From Syntrophales bacterium (GTDB lineage: Bacteria > Desulfobacterota > Syntrophia > Syntrophales > UBA2185), in assembly GCA_049521775.1 (NCBI GenBank), contig JBEKOL010000016.1, forward strand, positions 753 through 64,752: 64,000 nucleotides of DNA, in the 5' to 3' direction. Shown here one piece after another: positions 27,958 through 36,106 of the stretch (positions are counted from its first letter, which is position 1; the number at the start of each line of letters is the position of its first letter). Below the pieces are notes generated by a model. It worked only from the letters and a program-made list of their open reading frames with translations. It did not search any database and had not been told where the DNA came from. The position numbers and the translations under genes were made by a program.

Positions 27958-29307
27958 TTACCGGTTATGGACGCGGAGCAGATATTCCACTACCTTCTCG
28001 AGATGGCGGAGCGTGCTGCATTCCCGTGCGATGCTGCAGTAAGGTAGGTATTTTTTCATCTCCGAATCCCCCGACCCCCAGAGAGAAGGCGTTTCGGGAT
28101 TGAGCCATATTAATCTCTTGCACCTTTCGGAAATGAACCGAAGCACTTCGGTATGCGGCTCCGAATAGTTGTTACGGGCGTCCCCTAGGATAATTACCGT
28201 TGCTTTCTTTGTCAGGCAATCTGAATATTGATCCTTGAAATCAAGAAGAGAGCCTCCGTAATCGGTGCGGCCCAGGAGAATCGGAATACCGGCTCCCGAG
28301 CGAAGCATCGCGAGAGCCTCGTGAAGCGGGTGCATTTCAAACAGAGGGCTCACTTCAACTAGGTTCGTACAGAATACGAAGGAGCGGATCCGGGAGATAA
28401 CCTCGTTTAAGCTGTATAGGATGAGAAGAAAAAAACGTACTATGTTCGAAACAGAACGGCTCACGTCGCAGATGACGACTATTTCCGGGCGATCAATCTT
28501 CTTCGATTTCCAGTGGGTGTCAAACGGAAGACCTCCGTAGGTGATGCTCTTACGGAAAGTCTTCCTGAAGTCCAGGTGCCCCCTCCGGGCAGCCCTTGGC
28601 CTCCTCGAATAGCGGTCCTTCAAGTGTTTTACCATCCTCTGTATAATTTTATGGATCCGGGCGAGATCCCGCTCATCCAGCGCGGAGAGTCTTGCATTTC
28701 TGATGTAGCCCTCGGATAGCTCATACTGCCGCCTCGCGGCGTAAAGTTCGAGTTGTCTTTCAACCAGATTTTTTACCTTTTCCATAAGATTGTCCCGCAT
28801 GGATTCCAGGGCTTTCGCCTGATCGAGGGCGTCCTGACCTCCAATTTCGGCAAGCCTTCGGATGTCCCTGTTTAGACCCTCCAGGCCGAGCTCCTGAAAA
28901 AGCCTCTGCATGAAGAGGCCCTTCTGCGTCCATGATTGAATGCTGCGGATGTCTGCCCTCTCCCCGGCAGCTCTAAGCGCCATGGCAAGCCCGCCTACGT
29001 CACCTGACAAGAAGATCTGCGTCAGTGGCGCTTCCCCCTGAAAGGTCGGAGGGAGGCTTTCATTCTCCAAGAGGAAATCTTCTCCTGTAATGTAATCCAG
29101 GGCAAAAAAGCGGCTGAAACAGACATCAAAGATCTCTTTCTCCGGCATGGACTTGGCAAGTGAGGCAGACAGAAAATCTTTCAACACCCGCCTATCACTA
29201 TATCCTGACAGTTCCACCGCGCGCAGGGCATCCATGGTTTCCGCGACGGATATCCTCACGCCGGAGCGGCGTAGCGCAGTGATAAAATTCTCAAGAGTAC
29301 GATCCAA
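27958..29307 (-). CDS. VWA-domain protein, CoxE-like
   Basis: The CoxE-type N-terminus FITALRRSGVRISVAETMDALRAV and the MIDAS motif DVSRS in VVICDVSRSVS are present. It abuts the MoxR gene with no gap. Confidence 0.8.
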   Translation of the reverse strand: MDRTLENFITALRRSGVRISVAETMDALRAVELSGYSDRRVLKDFLSASLAKSMPEKEIFDVCFSRFFALDYITGEDFLLENESLPPTFQGEAPLTQIFLSGDVGGLAMALRAAGERADIRSIQSWTQKGLFMQRLFQELGLEGLNRDIRRLAEIGGQDALDQAKALESMRDNLMEKVKNLVERQLELYAARRQYELSEGYIRNARLSALDERDLARIHKIIQRMVKHLKDRYSRRPRAARRGHLDFRKTFRKSITYGGLPFDTHWKSKKIDRPEIVVICDVSRSVSNIVRFFLLILYSLNEVISRIRSFVFCTNLVEVSPLFEMHPLHEALAMLRSGAGIPILLGRTDYGGSLLDFKDQYSDCLTKKATVIILGDARNNYSEPHTEVLRFISERCKRLIWLNPETPSLWGSGDSEMKKYLPYCSIARECSTLRHLEKVVEYLLRVHNR

Positions 29308-30252
29308 TCAGTTTGCCTCCCGGAGGGCATGTTCCGTTAACGTGTACAGTTTTTCTTCAGTAACCCGGATGTCTTCCTGGGCCTTGAGAAACGTGTTCAG
29401 CGTTTCCCTGACCATTTCTTTGTCCAGGGTTTCTGCATGGAGTATAACAAGCGTCTTCGCCCAGTCGATGGTTTCACTAACGGACGGTAGTTTCTTAATA
29501 TCAAGTTTTCTGACCTGGTGTATGAAGGATACTAACTGTCTGGTCAGCCTCTCCGATATGCCCGGAACGCGTGTCATGACAATTTCCCTTTCGAGTCCCT
29601 GCTCGGGAAATGAGATGTACAGATGGAGGCAGCGCCTTCTTAATGCCTCTCCGAGTTCCCTTGTGCTGTTGCTGGTGAGAAAAACGAAAGGTTTCGACGT
29701 GGCCTCTATGGTACCAATTTCGGGGATGGAGACCTGAAAGTCCGAAAGGATTTCAAGAAGAAAGGCCTCGAACTCGTCATCAGACTTATCCACCTCATCT
29801 ACGAGAAGCACTGCCCCGTCCTTTTCCTGGATGGCCTTAAGCAACGGCCTTGGTTCGAGGAATTGGGGGGAGAAAAAGATATCGTCGTATTGGTGAAGCT
29901 TATCGATGGATTCGGCGAGACTCGTTTCCCCCTCGATGACGCGGTCGAGTTTGTCTTTCAAAAGCTGGGTATAGAGAAGCTGCTTTCCATACTTCCATTC
30001 GTACAGTGCCTTCGACTCGTCGAGCCCCTCGTAGCATTGAAGCCGGATAAGGGGAACTCCCATGAAGGCGGCGGCCGCCTTGGCGAGTTCCGTCTTCCCC
30101 ACTCCTGCGGGTCCCTCCACAAGTACAGGCTTTCCCAGATGGTAAGCCAGATAAACCGTGTGGGCGATCTGCGTCGTGGCAATGTAGCCCACGTCCTTGA
30201 GGCCCCTGCGCACCACCTCCACGGTGGCGAATTTAGCGTTCAATTTGCTCAT
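29308..30252 (-). CDS. MoxR-class AAA+ ATPase (CoxD-like)
   Basis: Walker A (GPAGVGKT) and Walker B (LLVDEVDK) motifs are present. It has the typical size of about 310 aa and is paired with a VWA protein. Confidence 0.85.
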   Translation of the reverse strand: MSKLNAKFATVEVVRRGLKDVGYIATTQIAHTVYLAYHLGKPVLVEGPAGVGKTELAKAAAAFMGVPLIRLQCYEGLDESKALYEWKYGKQLLYTQLLKDKLDRVIEGETSLAESIDKLHQYDDIFFSPQFLEPRPLLKAIQEKDGAVLLVDEVDKSDDEFEAFLLEILSDFQVSIPEIGTIEATSKPFVFLTSNSTRELGEALRRRCLHLYISFPEQGLEREIVMTRVPGISERLTRQLVSFIHQVRKLDIKKLPSVSETIDWAKTLVILHAETLDKEMVRETLNTFLKAQEDIRVTEEKLYTLTEHALREAN

Positions 30253-31393
30253 TTGACTCCTTTCTTACAAAAATCTTCTCACCTATCTTTTTCTGCCTTG
30301 ATGGGTCTGCGCCGCTCAGCAATTCCAGAGTGCGGCGGATATCTTTTGTCATGGCCGCCAGTTCCCCGTCCATGCAGATAGCCGATCTCTCCATGACTTG
30401 CTCTGCCAGGGATTGGCAGTCCGCCGCCATAGTTCGAAAAGACATGAGTAATGTCTCAGATTTGCTCTTACCGCTCCTCCCATCCATCCATTTCGCTGCT
30501 TCACAGGCCATCCATCGCAGCGTCTTCCGCCATGTTTCCATTTCGCCGAGGCCTCTCATTACGTCATTGTCTCGCGCCACATCCTGTTTACGGAGTTCAG
30601 CCAGCATGAGTTCCATCTGCCTTCCTATTCCCCCCAAGATAGGACCGTTCAAGAGCGCATCCTCCAGTGCACGGCAAGGCTGCGCCATTTCTTCCAGAGC
30701 CGTTCCCTCCCTGCCAAGTTTTCCGGAAGACGGCACAAGACAGTTTTCAAGCCTGATTATGCAGTGGGGGGATGGCCTGAGGAAATCCAGTTTCATCGTT
30801 TCCGTGACTGTTAGATTCCGGTTTTCTCTCGAAACAACAAAGGCCGTAAACTGTTTCTTCCCTCCAGCCATACCGGTCACAGCATAAACCACAAAGAAGT
30901 CCGCTAGGGGTCCGTTGGTCAGATAAGCTTTTTCGCCGTTCAAAATAAAATGATCCCCTTCTCGATGGGCTGTCGTGCTCAGATGGCGGGGGTCTGCTCC
31001 TGCCCGGAGTTCGGAAAAGGCGATGGAGGCCTTAATTAGGCCATCTGCCATCTTCGGCAGATACTCTGCCCGCTGAGACGGAGTCCCGAATTTCCCGATC
31101 ATGAAACCTGAGGCCAGCAGATGGATTATCCAGGACAGAGCCAGCCCCATGTTATGTCCTTGATTGACCAAAGTCTCACCGACAAGGACGAGCGTGTCAT
31201 AAGCGATTTTTGTCCCTCCGTATTTAACAGGGATCCCGAGGCTTAGGAGCCCTTCCTGCGCCATCTTTCTCCATATTTCCAGGGGAAAATCATCACTATT
31301 ATTCATATCAGGCCTGGTGGCTATTTCCTTCCCGGCAAATACGGCCACCTTCTCGATCAGAGAGGGGACATCTTTCTTATTGATTGCGCGCAT
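30233..31393 (-). CDS. Acyl-CoA dehydrogenase family protein
   Basis: 386 aa with ACAD N-terminal, middle and C-terminal domain pattern (GYDTLVLV.., FSELRAGADP, GEKAYLTNG). The 3' end overlaps the MoxR start by 20 nt. Confidence 0.8.
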   Translation of the reverse strand: MRAINKKDVPSLIEKVAVFAGKEIATRPDMNNSDDFPLEIWRKMAQEGLLSLGIPVKYGGTKIAYDTLVLVGETLVNQGHNMGLALSWIIHLLASGFMIGKFGTPSQRAEYLPKMADGLIKASIAFSELRAGADPRHLSTTAHREGDHFILNGEKAYLTNGPLADFFVVYAVTGMAGGKKQFTAFVVSRENRNLTVTETMKLDFLRPSPHCIIRLENCLVPSSGKLGREGTALEEMAQPCRALEDALLNGPILGGIGRQMELMLAELRKQDVARDNDVMRGLGEMETWRKTLRWMACEAAKWMDGRSGKSKSETLLMSFRTMAADCQSLAEQVMERSAICMDGELAAMTKDIRRTLELLSGADPSRQKKIGEKIFVRKESNEQIER

Positions 31394-31403
31394 CTCTCAA
31401 TTC

Positions 31404-31847
31404 TTAGGTCGGATCGGAATCGAATTTATGAAAGAAACTTCTTAGAATCCTGTTGAAGGATTCGAGCTCTTCCGGTGAAAACCCATTCTTTACTTCCTGG
31501 TTAACCCTTCTGATAACCCTTTTCGCCTTGTCCACTTCTTCTATCCCTTGCGGATTGATAAAGACGTGTGACGCCCTGCGATCATGGGGGCTGGCATTTC
31601 TCCGGACCAACCCCGTTTTCTCAAGCCGGTCCACCAGGCCGGTGATGGTGGAATTGTCAATAGACAGGATCTGGCTCAGCTCGCTCATTGTCCGGCCGTC
31701 CTTCTGCTTCAGCAGGAACAGGATGCCGGCCTGTGCCGTGGTCACCCTGACATTCTCCTTGGTCATCATTTTTTTCAAGTAGGTGCGGAGCTTCTGCTGG
31801 GCTGTAAAAAGCAGATAAATGAGTCTGTCATCAGGAGGCATCTCCAT
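31404..31847 (-). CDS. MarR-family transcriptional regulator
   Basis: The wHTH TTAQAGILFLLKQKDGRTMSELSQILSIDNSTITGLVDRLEKTGLVRR...DRR is present. Confidence 0.88.
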   Translation of the reverse strand: MEMPPDDRLIYLLFTAQQKLRTYLKKMMTKENVRVTTAQAGILFLLKQKDGRTMSELSQILSIDNSTITGLVDRLEKTGLVRRNASPHDRRASHVFINPQGIEEVDKAKRVIRRVNQEVKNGFSPEELESFNRILRSFFHKFDSDPT

Positions 31848-31872
31848 AACCTCAACGGAAGGTCTCCGTCGG

Positions 31873-31902
31873 ATTATTTATTTGGCATACCAAATAATAA
31901 AT
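31873..31902. promoter_or_regulatory. Imperfect palindrome upstream of marR (candidate MarR operator)
   Basis: The core TTATTTGGCA/TACCAAATAA consists of abutting 10-nt arms with one mismatch. It lies 30-50 nt upstream of the marR ATG. Confidence 0.5.
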
Positions 31903-32223
31903 GTCAATTAAAAATATTTATGGCACACATGACGATCAGTTAACATTTTGATTTATTTTGAGAGTATAGAACCAGCCATTCCTCCGAAAATAGATTTCAA
32001 AATGCCACCCCCGACTCGATTGGCAATCAAGTCTTTACTGAATGGAATCACACTGGCGCCTACCCTCGAGTGTTTTCTGACAAATATGGCAAGTACTTTA
32101 GCCAGTGTGTTGACGCTGATAAGCCGCGGGTATCTGCAGCTGGAGGTGTTTGAGATCATCGTAAACTGGAAGATTATGGTAAGATAAAAGGAGGTCGTGA
32201 AATGAGATTTCTAATGCGAATAT

Positions 32224-32421
32224 TTAGAACCTCCTGTAAGTATCTGCGGCTGTAAATAGGTGCACGACCTCTTCTTTTTGGGGATCCCACATTATTTTTA
32301 TGTAATCGCGGCTCAGCACTTCATTACCGTTAGGCAAAGTCATAAACAAAGTCCAACCCCGCTTCACTAATTCTTTTCTGCTTATTTTTTCTCCAATCTT
32401 CAATGCGATATTCTTAGCCAT
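32224..32421 (-). CDS. Hypothetical small protein (65 aa)
   Basis: The SD AAGGGTGGA lies 5 nt upstream of the ATG. No family recognised. It sits in an AT-rich gap. Confidence 0.4.
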   Translation of the reverse strand: MAKNIALKIGEKISRKELVKRGWTLFMTLPNGNEVLSRDYIKIMWDPQKEEVVHLFTAADTYRRF

Positions 32422-32666
32422 CTTTATCCACCCTTATTAAATCTACATATTTTCGATATAGGGTCCGCCATTCTTCATAATTTGGAATATAATCTTATGG
32501 CTGTCGGCCTTCTCTTTTGCAGGAAGAACCGTTTCCGTGACCACGTATCCGGGTTAGATATCTTTTTTGGAAACGGCTGTCGAAACGGCGTTTGTGGATT
32601 ATGAGCGTCCTTGAGAAATTCGAAGACCAGCACCGCTCGAATGAAAGAACGATGCATGCAGAGTAA

Positions 32667-33287
32667 TCAAGCGTGTTTCAGGACGATGCCTTCCACAATG
32701 TTAGCAACATCCTCACAGACATCGATGGCCTCTTCTATCCTCTCAAATATTTCCTTCCACTTGATCAGTTCGATGGGATCTTTTTCCTGCTCGAATAGGC
32801 GGGTCATCGTCATCCTCATGACAATGTCCCCTTCGTTCTCCAGGGTGTTGATTTCCACGCAGGCGTCGATGATCATCTTGGCGTTTTTCATGTTTTTCAT
32901 GGCGTGGACGATATATTTCACCTTCTTGATTGCTTCATTTAATATCTTAGACTGATCGATGATTTCTTTGGCAGGAATCTTAACCTTGTACAGAGACATT
33001 CTGGCTGCTGACGCCTCAATCATATCGAGGATACTGTCCATTTTATTGACCAATGCATAGATGTCCTCACGATCGATGGGGGTAAGAAAAGTCTTGTGCA
33101 TCTTTTCATAGGTTCTATGGGTGATGACGTCAGCTTCATGTTCCAACTCTTTTAGCTTCACAATCTTCGGTTCTGAATATTCATAATGCTCGACCATGTC
33201 GAGAAAGAGTTCTCCTCCCTCTTCGATCTTGGTGGCCAGCTCATAAAATAGATCAAAAAATTTCTCTTCTTTGGGGATTATTCTCAT
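32667..33287 (-). CDS. DUF47 (PhoU-like, TIGR00153-type) protein
   Basis: 206 aa. MRIIPKEEKFFDLF...LEHEADVITH...REDIYALVNKMD...LENEGD matches the helical DUF47 pattern that normally precedes a PiT-type phosphate transporter. No such transporter follows here. Confidence 0.8.
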   Translation of the reverse strand: MRIIPKEEKFFDLFYELATKIEEGGELFLDMVEHYEYSEPKIVKLKELEHEADVITHRTYEKMHKTFLTPIDREDIYALVNKMDSILDMIEASAARMSLYKVKIPAKEIIDQSKILNEAIKKVKYIVHAMKNMKNAKMIIDACVEINTLENEGDIVMRMTMTRLFEQEKDPIELIKWKEIFERIEEAIDVCEDVANIVEGIVLKHA

Positions 33288-33636
33288 TTGACATACTCTC
33301 TAGAACTGATTTATCGGAAATAATACTTGAATGATATGGTTGTTATTAAGATGTTGCCTTAATATCACAGATTCTATTTTCCTTCTATACCACATTTCAT
33401 ATCGGAGTTCCGCAGTTTTTAATCTTTGTGGGTCTAATTCCCCGCCGCTTGCGGTGGGGAGATTCATTTCAATAAGGCTTTGCCTTTTTGAAGCTCATCA
33501 TCCTCAGGGCGAGACTTCCCGGAAAGGGAGAGATGTTTGCATTGCTCCCCTTATCGTCGCCGAAAGGGCGGGGCTTGCGGGAAGTGCCCCCGATCAGGGT
33601 TATGCCGCAAAAGGCGAACCATAAGCGCCGCAATAA

Positions 33637-34680
33637 TTATTTTTCTCTTTCATCAAACGGGACGCCATCGGAATTGCCCTGGCGAGTTTGTGTCTCCTGT
33701 TCCTTCTCGCGTAACCTGATGATTATTTTTCGGATTAGAATATCTGCTGGCGGTTCGAATAATCGCCGGAATGTTCCTGAGAAGTTCCTGGCGGAACTTT
33801 CGGTGTAGGAAAAATTAACCTCCTTGAGATCCAATGAACTCTTATAAAGATCGAAGTCCTTTTCCTCTTTCAGCACTTGCCAAAATGTCCTTCCTCCGGA
33901 ATTTAGGGCGGAAACCGTTAGGCCCGCGAGTAAGGAGACGTTAGGAAGAGCAGATAGAATGACGCCGCCGCTTAATCCCGCAGTATCTTTCATGTCCTGA
34001 TCGGCTTTTTTAGCTGCCGATCTCTCGCGAGCATCTTCCAGAGTAAGTTCAATCTCTATTTCCTGGTTGTCATCTTTAATATATTTGGGATAGTCTGTCG
34101 CTATTTCTTGCAGAATAGGCAGAGCCTTCTGGATCGCTTCTATGAGAGCTCCTATATAATAATGGCGAGGCAAGGCAAATTCGCCCCGGTCGCGTTGCGC
34201 TTTGGCAGTCCTAAAAAAGTTGGACTCGTCTCCTCCTAAACGAATCTTGACATGATACAGCACGCAACTATGCAAGACGACTGTATCATCCGCAAATATC
34301 TCAAAATCAGCCAGCAACTCAAGGCCTTTGCAGTGCTTGAAGTTGGTATCCAGATTGCAAAGGGGTACTCCGGGTTGGACCGGAAGGTAAAGCTGCGGAT
34401 AGGAGATGCGAAACAGTTTTTCCAGCCCTTGCATGTCAAAATCCTTCAGCTCGGAATTTTGGGATTTCTCATTTAATAAATATTCAGCTAACGTACCCTG
34501 TCCATCTAAAAGAAATTTGAGACGGTAACTCCCCGGGTTCGCAAACCCTGTTTCTTTATAAACAGTAGCTACCTGCGACCGGGCTTTCGCCGCGCAACCA
34601 GTGATCAAGCACAGAGACAGGATTAATCCAGGCAGCATCACCATTTTTCTTCGCACGCCTAAACTCCCCTCAGAGATCAC
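33637..34680 (-). CDS. Lipoprotein, function unknown
   Basis: The signal peptide carries the lipobox LITGC. The start is uncertain: GTG 34680 or ATG 34644. Confidence 0.55.
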   Translation of the reverse strand: MISEGSLGVRRKMVMLPGLILSLCLITGCAAKARSQVATVYKETGFANPGSYRLKFLLDGQGTLAEYLLNEKSQNSELKDFDMQGLEKLFRISYPQLYLPVQPGVPLCNLDTNFKHCKGLELLADFEIFADDTVVLHSCVLYHVKIRLGGDESNFFRTAKAQRDRGEFALPRHYYIGALIEAIQKALPILQEIATDYPKYIKDDNQEIEIELTLEDARERSAAKKADQDMKDTAGLSGGVILSALPNVSLLAGLTVSALNSGGRTFWQVLKEEKDFDLYKSSLDLKEVNFSYTESSARNFSGTFRRLFEPPADILIRKIIIRLREKEQETQTRQGNSDGVPFDEREK

Positions 34681-34804
34681 TAGATACTTTCGGAATACTT
34701 GACTCGCACAATAGATGACCTGTAAGAACTGCCAGCATGATTCCGGCTATACAAGTCTGAATTGAGTGCACTGAAGACGTTTATATCCCTGTACCGATAT
34801 TATT

Positions 34805-35611
34805 TTATGGTTCTACCGCAATTAGTTCAAAAACAAAATACCCCACTTTTACCTTGCTCTGGATTCTTACGGGGATCCTTTTGTCATCGGCAGTAAACCA
34901 GATTATGAGCTCGGGCACATCGCCTTTTCTCATCACATTTTGCGATTCCAGCCTCTCCATGTCGGGTATGACCTCGAAGGTGTCATAAATTCTTTCATCA
35001 ATCTTGAGCATCTCTCGCCTGGCTACGCTTGCCTTCACCATTATATTGTTATCACCCTCGGAGATAGGTATTTCAATTAGGCTGTTCTCCTTGATGTCTT
35101 TAAGGCGAATGACGTAATAGAGGGAGACTGTATCGAATGTCCCCGGTACGATATGAACGGGCGCCATTTTCTCTCCGAAGTTAGAACGGGTGGCTTCAAG
35201 TTTTTCCCAGTAAAAATTTACGATGACATCGCGTGGGTGTTCCCCTTCACTTACTTTTTTATACAGGATGCTATGGGTCATATCTGTGTCACAATAGGAA
35301 TCCTGTCTTTCCCGAACCTTGTAGATATGATCGATAGTAGAACTAGTATTCATGATCATTGCAAAGTGGTATGCCTTGACGCCATCGATAGTCTCCATGG
35401 GAAGAACTTCTAGGGTCAGTTCTCCAGCATGTATGAAACCCCACTTTGCCCGGTAAGTCAATTTTTCGCCGGGATGAAAAGGGAAGGGATTGGCAGAAGC
35501 CCTGGTGCCGCCGATAATGGGGGGAAAAAATGGAAACATGACCAGGATTAAAGCAAACGCAATGTACTTCGCGCGGTTTCTATAGATTCCACTTCCTTTG
35601 GACCGAGTCAT
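34805..35611 (-). CDS. DUF3108-domain protein
   Basis: An N-terminal anchor is followed by GEKLTYRAKWGFIHAGELTLEV and a beta-rich body typical of DUF3108. Confidence 0.6.
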   Translation of the reverse strand: MTRSKGSGIYRNRAKYIAFALILVMFPFFPPIIGGTRASANPFPFHPGEKLTYRAKWGFIHAGELTLEVLPMETIDGVKAYHFAMIMNTSSTIDHIYKVRERQDSYCDTDMTHSILYKKVSEGEHPRDVIVNFYWEKLEATRSNFGEKMAPVHIVPGTFDTVSLYYVIRLKDIKENSLIEIPISEGDNNIMVKASVARREMLKIDERIYDTFEVIPDMERLESQNVMRKGDVPELIIWFTADDKRIPVRIQSKVKVGYFVFELIAVEP

Positions 35612-35942
35612 ATTTTCTTTGACATTTCAGAAGACAGAACGTTTATGATGAATATTAAATACCGCACGGGAAGGTCTTCAGCTTAAGTGAAATCAAGCGG
35701 CTCTGACCTGTATCGTTGATTTGAGCCACAAAGCACCCAACAACATGCCCATGGTATCTTGCTAACATCAACCATCCATAGTTTCTAATGTGCTTCTATG
35801 GCCGCCACCGTTATGCAGTAATCCACAAACGGGCTATCGACCTGTCCAGTATTCAATAATATTGTATCACATATCAATTTAGAGTTCCGCCATTTTTATT
35901 CCTTGAGATATCCTGATGAAACAAGAATTGCTCAGAACACTC

Positions 35943-35971
35943 TTGACTCATAAACACCTCTTGCTTATAGT
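35943..35971 (+). promoter_or_regulatory. Candidate sigma-70 promoter of the DedA-rhodanese gene
   Basis: TTGACT (35943-35948), 17 nt, then TATAGT (35966-35971). This implies a leader of about 130 nt containing an imperfect 17-bp hairpin (36035-36077). Confidence 0.5.
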
Positions 35972-36106
35972 AAAAAGAAACACTGCAAGATCTTTGGAAT
36001 ATTAGCCCATATCCCATGATCACTTGTCCCTGTATTCTCACAGGGAACACGCATTTGGAAGCGCGTTCTCTGAGAACGGAATGAAGTAAAAGGTGTTATC
36101 TCACCA

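Noticed and set aside
32190-32245. 17-aa ORF (MRFLMRIFRTSCKYLRL) with an AAGGAGG SD
   Set aside because: The AGGAGGT is one arm of an inverted repeat (AGGAGGT...ACCTCCT) that more plausibly forms the 3' hairpin of the convergent 65-aa gene. The peptide is too short to assess.
32475-32657. 60-aa ORF immediately after the DUF47 gene as a remnant of the missing PiT transporter
   Set aside because: The translation is highly basic and non-hydrophobic, and has no GANDVANA-type PiT motif. It is most likely non-coding.
33431-33475. Possible orphan CRISPR repeat or tRNA T-arm/att remnant (GGGTCTAATTCCCC; hairpin + TTTCAAT)
   Set aside because: There is a single unit with no spacer-repeat periodicity and no cas genes. 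The T-loop consensus (TTCRANY) is not met. The order of hairpin and ATTGAAA-like tail does not fit either orientation of type I repeats.
33570-33625. TPP-riboswitch-like string (CCCGATCAGGGTTATGCCGCAAAAGG)
   Set aside because: It only partly resembles the CCUGAUCnGGnUAAUnCCnGCG core. There is no CUGAGA element, the P5-type pairing is not supported, and no + strand gene lies downstream to regulate.
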